In this document: one piece after another, positions 6,901 to 14,571 of the stretch
How positions within the stretch are numbered: the stretch's first letter is position 1
Layout: every line of letters begins with the position of its first letter
From: a virus
Taxonomy: Duplodnaviria; Caudoviricetes
Length of the DNA stretch: 28,662 nt
Virus record (IMG/VR): IMGVR_UViG_3300044949_001262
Span: 1-28,662 of that record
Reading direction: 5' to 3' (one strand)
The notes under the pieces: model-generated
The model's database searches: none
What the model saw: the letters and a program-made list of their open reading frames with translations, nothing else
What the model was told of the DNA's origin: nothing
Made by a program: the position numbers and the translations under genes

Positions 6901-9900
6901 ATCAACAGAAGCACGCACATCCGGCATCCCCTGAGCCTCCCGCGGGATCTGCTGGGGCATGCGGTTGTTGTTAATCTTGTCGTAGTCGAAGAAGTAGCCG
7001 GTGCGTCCGCTCGGCTGGGCATCGTTGAGGCGGTCGATGCGCCAAGTGCGGATGCTGCCCTTGGGATTCAGCTCGGCGTAGAGCGGGTTGGCGGCGCGCT
7101 GCACGGCGGTGCCGGTGCCGATGAGTCCGTTAAGCGTGTCGCGCTTCTGCTGGCCGATGGTCGCCTCTCCGGGCATGCCGTTGCGGTGGTTGGCGAGGTA
7201 GGTCTTTAGGTCTGCCTCCACCTGCTTCATGTCGTTGTTGAAGATGCCCAGCTCGCCCTTATTGATCGCCTTCATGGCGGCAGCGCGGAAGGCGTTGAGG
7301 TCAAGCGAGGCAGCCAGCAGGTGGTTCTGCTTGGTCACCTGCCAGCCGAAAGGCACGGTCTCGCGCTGGATGGCGCGCACGGCGCCCATGTTGGTGATGC
7401 GGTAACGTCCGCTCGATCCGGTGCCGATGGCGTTGTAATCGATGTTCCAGCTTCCGCCCTCAGCGCGGCTGGCCTCCATGCCGCGGGCAAACTGGCGGAC
7501 GTGCTGCGGGAATTGCGTGAAGAGGTCAAACTGCGGCGGCAGCACCGGCCCGCCGATGACTTCGCGTCCGTTGACCTTGCGCTTGCCAAACTCGGTTGAG
7601 TTGACCGGCACAAACTTCTTCGCATCGTAGAGCGTCTTGATCTGCGCCGCGCGGTTGGCCTCGGCGGCATTGATGATCGGCTGCGGCTTGTAGGCGTAGG
7701 TGCCGTCCGGCTTTTGGAACAGGAAGTCATTCTCCAACACGCCGCGGCCCTCGTCCCGTAGTTTAACGTGCGTGCTGCGCGCCATGTCCTCCGGGCGACT
7801 GCTGCGCGCCAGCTCCACGCCGCGGGGCGTTGCGCTGCCAGCCTCCTCGAGGCCGACCAGATACTGATCGTAGGCGCGGACGTATTCCTTCACCCGCTTC
7901 TGCATGATGCGGTCTTGGAAGAGCGGGTTGTCGCGGAAAAGGACAGACGGATTGTCCAGCATCTTGCCAGTGCCGCTGTCAAAGCGCACACCCATCATCT
8001 CCAGCACGCGCCCGCCGGTCGCCAGCATAGATTCGGCGAGGCGAGGAAAGGCGGCATCGCGGCGGATGGCGCGGAAGTCAATGGCCGGCGCCTCGCTGGC
8101 AAATGTCTCGGCGATGATCTCGTCGCGCGCCCAGTCCAGGGCATCTTCGCCACGCTCAATGCTGCGCTGCGACAGCTCCTCGTAGCGCTCGTTGATCAGT
8201 CTTTCCCGCTCGCTCGGCTCCAGCTTGCGCGCCTTGGAGATGTCCGCCGCCGACCTGTTGCCACTCTCAAGGTCGCGGAACTCCTGCTCGGTCAGCACCT
8301 GCGGCAGCTCGCCGGTTGTGCCGTTGTTGATATCCGCGTCAACCAATCGCCCGACATACTCGCGTCCGCGCGCCGTCACACCGTCCGGCCCATATTGCTG
8401 GTTGACCAAGTTGCGCAGGTCATTGCGCGGCTGCCCATCAAGGACGTTGCTCGTCAGAATGGCGTGGCCAATTTCATGCGGAGCAATCGCGTCTACGCCA
8501 CCAGCCGACTTGCGGGCATCAAGATTGATGAAGACCCGGGCGCGTCCGTTGGCGTCCTTCTCGAGAAACAGTCCCGCGGCCAGCTCGCCGCCGGTCGCTG
8601 ACACATCCTTGTTCATTCGGTATTCGTCAGCCTTGAGAGGAACAAAATCCACCTTGCCTGCCAGCACACCCTGCATGGCCGCCATGCGGTCCAGTGAGGC
8701 GTGAGGCAGCGCAGAAAACGCATCCACATTGCCGCCCACCGCATACACGTCAGCCATCATGCGGGCGATGTCCGCGTCCGCTTCCGTAGCTCCTCGGCGA
8801 GCCACACTGCCAGCGACTCCAGCCACACCGCCCAAGGCCATGATGCCGCCCAGCACCTCACCGGCGCGCTCGGCATCCGGTTGCAATGCGGCGAAGGGTG
8901 CTCCGGTAATGCCAGCAGCCACCGCTCCGCTCGTCACATCGTCAGCCAGACGGGCCGCCGTTGTCACACCAGCGCGGTCGGCAAAGCGCGCCACACGGCG
9001 CAGCGCCTCCGGGTTGCCAGCATCCTGCGCCACACGCTTGAGTGTGCTGTCGGTGCCGTCAACGTAGCCTGTAAAGTATTTCCGGTAGCGCTCAGGGATC
9101 GCCGTCATGCGCGCCAAGTCGGCCGCTGCCTCTGCTCGCGCCGTGCCAATGCCGCCTACGCCCGCCTCGCGGATGATGGTCGCCGCACCGCCGGCCGCCG
9201 CTCCGGTCTTGCGGATGATCGCACCGCCGTAACGCAGCCCAGGCAGCACGCTGCCGATGGCCGTGACTGCCGCGGTAACATTGCCGCCGCCGCCCGCTGC
9301 ATCCGCATAGACCGCCGCACCAGCCGCGCCGGCGCCCAGCGCTGCCTGCTGTTTTGCGGTCAGTCCGGTGATGTCCTGCACGCGACTGCTGATGCCAAAC
9401 TCTGCGCGCTCGGCGAGGTCTGCCGTGGCATCCGCTGCACGCTGCACGCCTCGAAGCGGAGCACCGGCCAAGGTCGCCGTCCGCCGCAGCACGCGCAGCT
9501 TACTCAACGCGCCCGCACCTACCGGAATCAAATTGACCGGATCGACAACCATGGAGCCGAGCATCGACAGCGTCTCCGCAGGCTGCTCGTCGGTGATCTG
9601 GTAAGCCTCCTTGGTCGCCGCCGGCGCGCTCACCTTGCTGGCGCCGATCTGAAAGTTTGTGACTCCCGCGAACTCCTGCTCCAGCGCCTTCTCCCGCTGG
9701 TAGCGCTCGTAAGCCTTGTCGAAATCCTCTTCCTCCTCCACCGGCGTTGGCTCCATCGCATCCGCCTCGCTGGCCGCCGCGGCAATAATGTTCGCGTCCC
9801 GCAGCTCATCGCCGGTCAGTTTGCCTTCCTGCTCGAGGCGCTTGGCCAATGCCTGCTGCTTCAGTCCGCGGCGCTTCGCCCAGGTTGCCGCATCATTAGC

Positions 9901-10458
9901 CTTGTTGCCGACCCAATCGAAGAGCTGCACCATGTTGATGCCAGCCTTGCGGACGATCTCCGCGCCGGTCTGCAAATTGCGTTCAGCTTGGCGCAGCGGA
10001 TCTTTGACGCCCGTGATCAGCGCATCAGTGATCTCATTGGCCGCTTGCGGCAGCATGCCAATCATGGCTGCGGCACCTTGGCCTACGCCATCGATGAAGC
10101 GTCCGACCTCGTTATTCTCCTCCTTGCGTCGCGTCCAATACTGCCGGAACTCCTCCTGCGGCATGATGTAGTCCACGCGGCGGTAGTTCTCCTCCTCGAG
10201 CTGGTTCAGCTCATAGTCGGTCATCGGCTCCGGCTCCGCGGGAGCTTCGGGCGGCAAGGCAATGCCACGCTCGCGAGCAAACGGCGTGGAGGCCAGCGCT
10301 GGCAGCGCATCAAGCTGCTGGTCGGTGAATCCCTGCGCCGGAGCAGGGGATGCGGCAAGGCGATCCACCAGCCCGGTGGTGATCTCCGGCTGTCCCTGCT
10401 GCGCTTCCAGCTCGGCGAGCTGCTCGTCGGTTAATCCGTCTAGCGAACTTGGTACCAT
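3916..10458 (-). CDS. Large polyvalent internal virion/ejection protein: zincin metallopeptidase, two ADP-ribosyltransferase-like domains, HhH glycosylase-like domain
   Basis: 2180 aa, last gene of the ejection cluster. HEIGH at about aa 661 and DEIIAE at about aa 780. Two WHGS...FDK...G(Y/H)D...E..VVF..QIKSA modules. LRGIKTGKK...LGIGDVPTID HhH-like motif. Confidence 0.85.
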   Translation of the reverse strand: MVPSSLDGLTDEQLAELEAQQGQPEITTGLVDRLAASPAPAQGFTDQQLDALPALASTPFARERGIALPPEAPAEPEPMTDYELNQLEEENYRRVDYIMPQEEFRQYWTRRKEENNEVGRFIDGVGQGAAAMIGMLPQAANEITDALITGVKDPLRQAERNLQTGAEIVRKAGINMVQLFDWVGNKANDAATWAKRRGLKQQALAKRLEQEGKLTGDELRDANIIAAAASEADAMEPTPVEEEEDFDKAYERYQREKALEQEFAGVTNFQIGASKVSAPAATKEAYQITDEQPAETLSMLGSMVVDPVNLIPVGAGALSKLRVLRRTATLAGAPLRGVQRAADATADLAERAEFGISSRVQDITGLTAKQQAALGAGAAGAAVYADAAGGGGNVTAAVTAIGSVLPGLRYGGAIIRKTGAAAGGAATIIREAGVGGIGTARAEAAADLARMTAIPERYRKYFTGYVDGTDSTLKRVAQDAGNPEALRRVARFADRAGVTTAARLADDVTSGAVAAGITGAPFAALQPDAERAGEVLGGIMALGGVAGVAGSVARRGATEADADIARMMADVYAVGGNVDAFSALPHASLDRMAAMQGVLAGKVDFVPLKADEYRMNKDVSATGGELAAGLFLEKDANGRARVFINLDARKSAGGVDAIAPHEIGHAILTSNVLDGQPRNDLRNLVNQQYGPDGVTARGREYVGRLVDADINNGTTGELPQVLTEQEFRDLESGNRSAADISKARKLEPSERERLINERYEELSQRSIERGEDALDWARDEIIAETFASEAPAIDFRAIRRDAAFPRLAESMLATGGRVLEMMGVRFDSGTGKMLDNPSVLFRDNPLFQDRIMQKRVKEYVRAYDQYLVGLEEAGSATPRGVELARSSRPEDMARSTHVKLRDEGRGVLENDFLFQKPDGTYAYKPQPIINAAEANRAAQIKTLYDAKKFVPVNSTEFGKRKVNGREVIGGPVLPPQFDLFTQFPQHVRQFARGMEASRAEGGSWNIDYNAIGTGSSGRYRITNMGAVRAIQRETVPFGWQVTKQNHLLAASLDLNAFRAAAMKAINKGELGIFNNDMKQVEADLKTYLANHRNGMPGEATIGQQKRDTLNGLIGTGTAVQRAANPLYAELNPKGSIRTWRIDRLNDAQPSGRTGYFFDYDKINNNRMPQQIPREAQGMPDVRASVDGMNADYMAAVGRGDMDAAQRMVDEAARVAGYEVGPVWHGSTSHASSPHKKGLAFNVFDKSKRELGFHFGTEAQARERAGIKLGTRNLFKGYLKGRFGATMDSFNFSRERARVVLMTTRLSPEVLTKQRSGGVGALGEKTYWATDQESRARNNILADEVANFPRQIDSDVQSIQEKNALNDAKLNALQNHIKSDEDAIRLLRKLGYDGLMYPNRVEGGGELSYVVFDSNQIKSADPITRDSQGNVIPLSRRFDQTKPDVRFMPDSLESVPTDQLQRQYEENQGYLGLSTLGMREGRPVRGGAAQTRELLRRNEAISAELERRGVRQEDPQLRRALQRRGQAMPDAEAQSKAAETFEQLKRSQFIPTKVAADVVGGFPEYLRPVAQFITDQRQKLANGQMTRRDVMKAYAMTVASQGSGARAVEVIANNVAKDGIKFRPSKDFTTADKQGRAAIRPEEAAAYWLGTDAGQRALNNFEAGRFSPDDWKELVAIRKAYGDDRFNNLGAFNPDNIRTMDKVLADLNASRADTGKVMDAVQQLRGIKTGKKGFIAHLLGIGDVPTIDAVEINFWLTGKADIGKLNTRKATLARSVKESISDRRVSQEMFRRIDQRINALRDEVPGGADISPEVWSHVMHHWLWDKSKGIETTHEGMYRAQAQFMPDAEYVSLEQQARAGDSAAIEAAQAAVNDAAQRAGLIKGWHGSANLDEIEIFDKGRIGTKNDAGFYGRGFYFTFGDEKYSPGEAGYYGSQVGEFYLQAKNPFIFSDLATFQGERINFMGVDSLVFLKNIADRFPEIGKKITVDKVKWKNGEGEVTPINAVTLSRMIDNYNKRIKVETVEDSIRGNYKAGWTKKETVDYDYTSSGGSKGSFETTNLTGRVNPDLSDAETKMLLIAEFLEKEHGIKADYHPEGYMTRFPEITKAIRDKGHDAIMQGRNGDEIVVFEPEQIKSAAAFTYDKKGKPVPLSKRFNFSRPEISYGIAALAAGAAMSELDGQQ

Positions 10459-11366
10459 CTTCCGTCAGCTCCTTTTTCGTAGGTTGTTCCTGCTACTGCT
10501 TTACGCTGACGCGGGGCCGCGCTTTCGGCGGCCGGCGTTGATGGGGAATCTTGGGGTTGGATCTTGGCGGTGGCGCGCTCCTTGGCAGAACGCACGATGG
10601 ATTGAAACTCATTGACGCCCTGCAGGAATGCCTCCTCGCTCTGCCGCGGATTCATCCGCGCCATCGCCTCGGTCGCCTTGCGCCCTTCTACCTCGGTGAT
10701 CTGGCCACCGCCCTTGAGTGTTTCAAACGCCTGCAAGAATTGCTGTCCGCCGATCTGGTCAAGCAGCACTTGGAAGTCCGCCGGCGCCGTGCCGGGAACC
10801 TTCGGCAAGATGCTGCTCTTGCCCGTGGCGTATTGCCGCCCAGGGTGCGTCTTGGTCTTTTCCAGCAAGTCATCCATGTAGGACGCCGTCTCAAAGGTCT
10901 TGCGCATCGCCTTCATGCGGTTTTCCTCCAGCACATCCGCCTCGGTCTTCAGCTTGCGCGTCTGCTCCTGCCGCACCGGGTCGGCCTGCATCATAGCCGC
11001 CCTGCGATCCATTTCCGCCCGAGCTTCTTGCTGCTTGATCACAAACTGCGCCGCACCCTCCGGCGTGAACTGCACGCCGCGCTTCATCGCCTTGAGCAAT
11101 TCCTGCTGCTCGACCGGCAACGCATCAAAGTCCTCGCGCGTCTGCACGTTGAGCTTGGTAAAGTCAAAGCCCACGCCCGTCTCCGGCAACGGTTCCGCGG
11201 CGACATCGTTGTAGACATCGTCCGGCGTCCCGTAGTCGTAATCCATCCCACTCACGCCATTCATCTCGTCCATGGCATCAAGCGGCACGGCTTCCTCACC
11301 GGGTTCCAGGGCAGGGAGATCCGGCTCAACCGGCGGCGGTAGTTGGTTGTTTCGGCGTGGAGGCAT
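10440..11366 (-). CDS. DNA ejection/transfer protein
   Basis: Motif FLQAFETLKGGGQITEVEGRKAT resembles podovirus ejection proteins of the P22 gp20 type; located before the giant gene. Confidence 0.7.
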   Translation of the reverse strand: MPPRRNNQLPPPVEPDLPALEPGEEAVPLDAMDEMNGVSGMDYDYGTPDDVYNDVAAEPLPETGVGFDFTKLNVQTREDFDALPVEQQELLKAMKRGVQFTPEGAAQFVIKQQEARAEMDRRAAMMQADPVRQEQTRKLKTEADVLEENRMKAMRKTFETASYMDDLLEKTKTHPGRQYATGKSSILPKVPGTAPADFQVLLDQIGGQQFLQAFETLKGGGQITEVEGRKATEAMARMNPRQSEEAFLQGVNEFQSIVRSAKERATAKIQPQDSPSTPAAESAAPRQRKAVAGTTYEKGADGRWYQVR

Positions 11367-11368
11367 AG

Positions 11369-11863
11369 TTATTCGTTGGTTGGGATCACGTCCATGTTGA
11401 CATTTGGAGGCAGAGTCATCATGCGGCCTTGGCCTGCAGCGACCTGAGCCTGAGCGGTTACCGCGGCGCGTTGTGCAGGCATCCGCGCCGTCAGCCCTTG
11501 CTGCGCGGCGCGCGTCTGGTTGTTCATGCCAGCGATACCCAGTTGCGAAATCGCTCCAAGGTTGTCGAGGATGCTCATTGAGGCCAGCCGGCGTGTGCGC
11601 GGGTCCATGCCCTCAAGCGCGGAGGAAATCTTTTTCATGCCGGGATACATTTGGCCGATGGCGTTGATGGCATCGAAAGCCGAGTCCGCCTGGGCGTTGG
11701 CCTGACTGACGTTGCCGACCATTCCGCCGATGGACGCCAGCGCCCCGCCAATGTCCTGGCCCATTTGTCCCATCATCTGGGAGTTGGTTTGCGCGGCGCC
11801 CATCATGCCTTGGGCGATGATGCGTCCGCTTTGGTCGTTCTCTGTCGGGTTGTATGCAAACAT
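11369..11863 (-). CDS. Putative internal virion protein (Gly/Ala/Gln/Met-rich)
   Basis: Low-complexity helical composition; SD-like GAAGGAG upstream; ejection cluster context. Confidence 0.65.
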   Translation of the reverse strand: MFAYNPTENDQSGRIIAQGMMGAAQTNSQMMGQMGQDIGGALASIGGMVGNVSQANAQADSAFDAINAIGQMYPGMKKISSALEGMDPRTRRLASMSILDNLGAISQLGIAGMNNQTRAAQQGLTARMPAQRAAVTAQAQVAAGQGRMMTLPPNVNMDVIPTNE

Positions 11864-11887
11864 AGTTTTGTTCTCCTTCGTTGTTGA

Positions 11888-12697
11888 TTAAGCTGCTTCC
11901 GCCCGCAGGTAGCTGGGGCGTTCTTTTTGTGACCACCGGAGCTGATCGCTCACATTGCTGACCAATTGGCCAAGCCGTGGGCACAGCACCTCGGCGGGTC
12001 CGTCCTTGGCCATGCACGCCGTGCAGGCGGTCACATAGTCAGGGTTGTCACCTTTGTCCTCCCGCTCCTGCCATGACTCGCCGACCTTCTCGTAGCGTCC
12101 ATGGTGGATGGGCAAATTGTTCTCCTCGATGTAGCGCCACACGTCCTCATCGCTGAAGAGGCGGATCGGGAAGACGAGGCTGGCGCTGTCCAAGTTGCGC
12201 GCCACATCGGTGCGGATCGTGATGTCGCCGTAGACCGCATCCGTATCGCTCGCCTTGTGGCCATGGAACATCGCGTCCCACGGCCAGTTGAACGTGCCGG
12301 TCGGCCGCTGGTAGATGTCCGCAAGTCCGCAGACAAAGTCCTCGCCGTCCTTCGGGGCGCGGATACCGGTCGGCAGCATATTGTAGCGGGCGCCGATCTG
12401 GTAGTATCCGGCGATCTCCACCTCGCCGCCGCCGTCCTGCACCATCGTGGCCGAGGGCGGGAAGTCATAGACGCGCAGTCCGTAGTGCTGGATCACCGCA
12501 TCGGCGAACCGATACTTGTGCGGCTGCCAAGGCTCGCGGTGGAACACGACCGGCAAGTCGTCCCGATGCCGCCGCACCAAGTCCAGCACCACCATGCTAT
12601 CCTTGCCAAACGAGCAGGCGATGCACGGATTGCTAAACTCGGCGAGCGACTGCTCGATGAGCCGGTGAGCGTAAGAGACTTTGTCTTCGTAGGTCAT
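11888..12697 (-). CDS. PAPS reductase-family (PP-loop) protein
   Basis: PP-loop CSFGKDSMVVLDL; FPIRLFSDEDVWRYI motif; C-terminal CTAC-x10-CP. Start overlaps the upstream stop (TAATG). Confidence 0.85.
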   Translation of the reverse strand: MTYEDKVSYAHRLIEQSLAEFSNPCIACSFGKDSMVVLDLVRRHRDDLPVVFHREPWQPHKYRFADAVIQHYGLRVYDFPPSATMVQDGGGEVEIAGYYQIGARYNMLPTGIRAPKDGEDFVCGLADIYQRPTGTFNWPWDAMFHGHKASDTDAVYGDITIRTDVARNLDSASLVFPIRLFSDEDVWRYIEENNLPIHHGRYEKVGESWQEREDKGDNPDYVTACTACMAKDGPAEVLCPRLGQLVSNVSDQLRWSQKERPSYLRAEAA

Positions 12698-13551
12698 TAG
12701 AAAGAGGCGCCCGCGATAGCCATGCCAGCACCAGAGGCGATGCCGCCGCCGATCCCGCCAAACATACCCATCATGCCCGCGTTCTGCTGGGCACCGGCCT
12801 GCATTGCTGCGGCCTGCATCGCGGCATTATTGTTAAGTGCCGAATTTCTCAGGCTCATGCCCATATTGGTATTGAAGCTGGCCACGTTGCCACTTTGCGT
12901 CAGCGAGTTGTTAAAGATGTTACTCACCTGATTCTGCGAGGTGCGCAGCGTATCGCCGCCGAGGCCGAAGGCGGGTCCGAGCGCCTGACGATACGGATCT
13001 GTCTCCATATACATCCCGCTGAGACCAATCCGCCGCTGCCTGCGCGCCAGATCCATCTGGTTCACGTTGGCAGCAAACCCACGGCGCGCATCCTGCCGCG
13101 CGGTGCCATAGGCATCCCGATTAAGGATCTCAGCAGCGCTGCTACCCATCGAGGTGCCAAGTCCGCGAGCCGCAAAGGCCGCGCGTGCCGACTGCGAGGC
13201 TTCCCGCTGCTGCTCCGGTGAGAGCGAGCGGCCGAGGGCGAGTTCAGACTCCGCGTCACGCTGGAGCTGCGCCTCAATGGCATTAGGCGCGGACGCCGCT
13301 TGCAGTTCCTCGCCGACAACGCCGCGCGCCCGCTGGAGGTATTCGTTGTTGAGGCGACCGGCGAGCTGGTCGGCGGTCCCAAACTGCATGCGGATATACT
13401 CAGGGTATAGCCGCTTGATCGCCGCTTCTTCTTCGCGCGTTTGTGCTTGAGCCACGCGAATCGACGCTGCGGCCATTTTATCGTAGTCAATCGGCGCCGG
13501 TGCGGCTGGCACTGGTTGCGGCGCTGGCATGCTTGGTCCTTTTCCTCCCAT
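12697..13551 (-). CDS. Putative pilot/ejection protein
   Basis: MGGKGP N-terminus, ARGLGTS motif, Gly-rich hydrophobic C-terminus; SD AGGAGG upstream. Confidence 0.7.
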   Translation of the reverse strand: MGGKGPSMPAPQPVPAAPAPIDYDKMAAASIRVAQAQTREEEAAIKRLYPEYIRMQFGTADQLAGRLNNEYLQRARGVVGEELQAASAPNAIEAQLQRDAESELALGRSLSPEQQREASQSARAAFAARGLGTSMGSSAAEILNRDAYGTARQDARRGFAANVNQMDLARRQRRIGLSGMYMETDPYRQALGPAFGLGGDTLRTSQNQVSNIFNNSLTQSGNVASFNTNMGMSLRNSALNNNAAMQAAAMQAGAQQNAGMMGMFGGIGGGIASGAGMAIAGASF

Positions 13552-13555
13552 AGTA

Positions 13556-13900
13556 TTATCCTCCTGTTTTGCTAATTAGTTTGTTCCAATCGTATACTCG
13601 CGGTTCAAAGCTCCCCCTGCGGCACCATGCCACATAGGGGTGCGCATGCGGCGCCACGCGAAGGCACTCCCGCACAGGGTTTGTGCCAGCAGTGCCAGCA
13701 GCCAAAGTGACGAACCAGCAGTTAGGCTCCCCGAGTTCAAAGTTTTGCTCCTCCGCGTTCCACCGCGCCGCTTTGGCCAGCATGAAGCATTCCGGCGAGT
13801 TCCACACATAGCCCGCCGACAGATGCTCGCCGACTGCTTCCCAGAAGTCCTGCGTTGCGTGGTTGTCCCACCAGTGTTTTGCGCTTTGCCATGGGGTCAT
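13556..13900 (-). CDS. Hypothetical protein, possibly GNAT-like
   Basis: Likely start MTPWQ at 13900. Size and position between tail and ejection genes match the acetyltransferase-like slot of podoviruses; sequence support is weak. Confidence 0.55.
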   Translation of the reverse strand: MTPWQSAKHWWDNHATQDFWEAVGEHLSAGYVWNSPECFMLAKAARWNAEEQNFELGEPNCWFVTLAAGTAGTNPVRECLRVAPHAHPYVAWCRRGSFEPRVYDWNKLISKTGG

Positions 13901-13902
13901 GC

Positions 13903-14535
13903 TTAGAACTTGATGCAATACAGCATGGCGATGTTCTTCGGGCGGGTTTCGGTGCCGCCCTGCAAGTTTGTAGATCCAGCCAGACTTGTAGAAACGAGCG
14001 CGGCGGTGCCTCCTGTTCCAACAGACGCATTTACGTTGTATGCCAAGATGTTAGTGAGCGTGTGTGCGTGCTCCTTAAAAGCATCCGCTTGCTTTGCACC
14101 AAACGTCCCTGCCGCCGTGGCGTCGCTGTTGGTTCCGCTGCCGCGCACGAAGTAGCCGCGCAGGTCAGGCAGGGCAAAGGTCGTGCTGCCGTCACCGGCG
14201 CCGTAGGTTGTGCTGATGGCACTAAAGAGCGAAGCGTAGGTGCTGCGGCTGACGTTGCTGCCGTCTGCTGCCAGCCAGCCAGCCGGTGCGCTGTTCATGG
14301 CAAAGGCTTGCACGGCGCCTGCGGGCAAGAGCGCCTGCTGCACGGCGGTGACTAGCTTGGCCAAAGTTACGTTGCCGTCTGCAATCTTCGCCGTGGTCAC
14401 GTTCGCGTCCAAAATCTTTGCGGTCGTGACTTCATTGTCAGCGACAACGACAGTCGGCGCGGCGGCGCTGTTGAGTTTCGCGGGTGTGACGGTCTCGCCA
14501 CTGACCCAGTTGTAAGATGCGGTTACGGTTGCCAT
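13903..14535 (-). CDS. Short tail fibre with tail-collar domain
   Basis: PAGAVQAFA...PAGWLAADGSNVSRSTYASLFSAI...FALPDLRGYFVRG; C-terminal ETRPKNIAMLYCIKF; three 10-aa VT(T/L)AK(I/L) repeats. Confidence 0.9.
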   Translation of the reverse strand: MATVTASYNWVSGETVTPAKLNSAAAPTVVVADNEVTTAKILDANVTTAKIADGNVTLAKLVTAVQQALLPAGAVQAFAMNSAPAGWLAADGSNVSRSTYASLFSAISTTYGAGDGSTTFALPDLRGYFVRGSGTNSDATAAGTFGAKQADAFKEHAHTLTNILAYNVNASVGTGGTAALVSTSLAGSTNLQGGTETRPKNIAMLYCIKF

Positions 14536-14543
14536 TGGAGTAG

Positions 14544-14571
14544 TTGAGAGTTGAGGGTTTAGAGTTGAGGG
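14544..14571 (-). repeat. Four tandem heptamers
   Basis: Minus strand CCCTCAA CTCTAAA CCCTCAA CTCTCAA in the intergenic gap. Confidence 0.75.

Noticed and set aside
8701-10434. 577-aa + strand ORF
   Set aside because: Antisense shadow of the giant gene, expected from GC-rich codon bias; no recognisable motifs.
11888-12697. Dnd phosphorothioation operon or sulfur-assimilation auxiliary gene
   Set aside because: No partner genes in the window, and the CysH catalytic C-terminal motif is absent.
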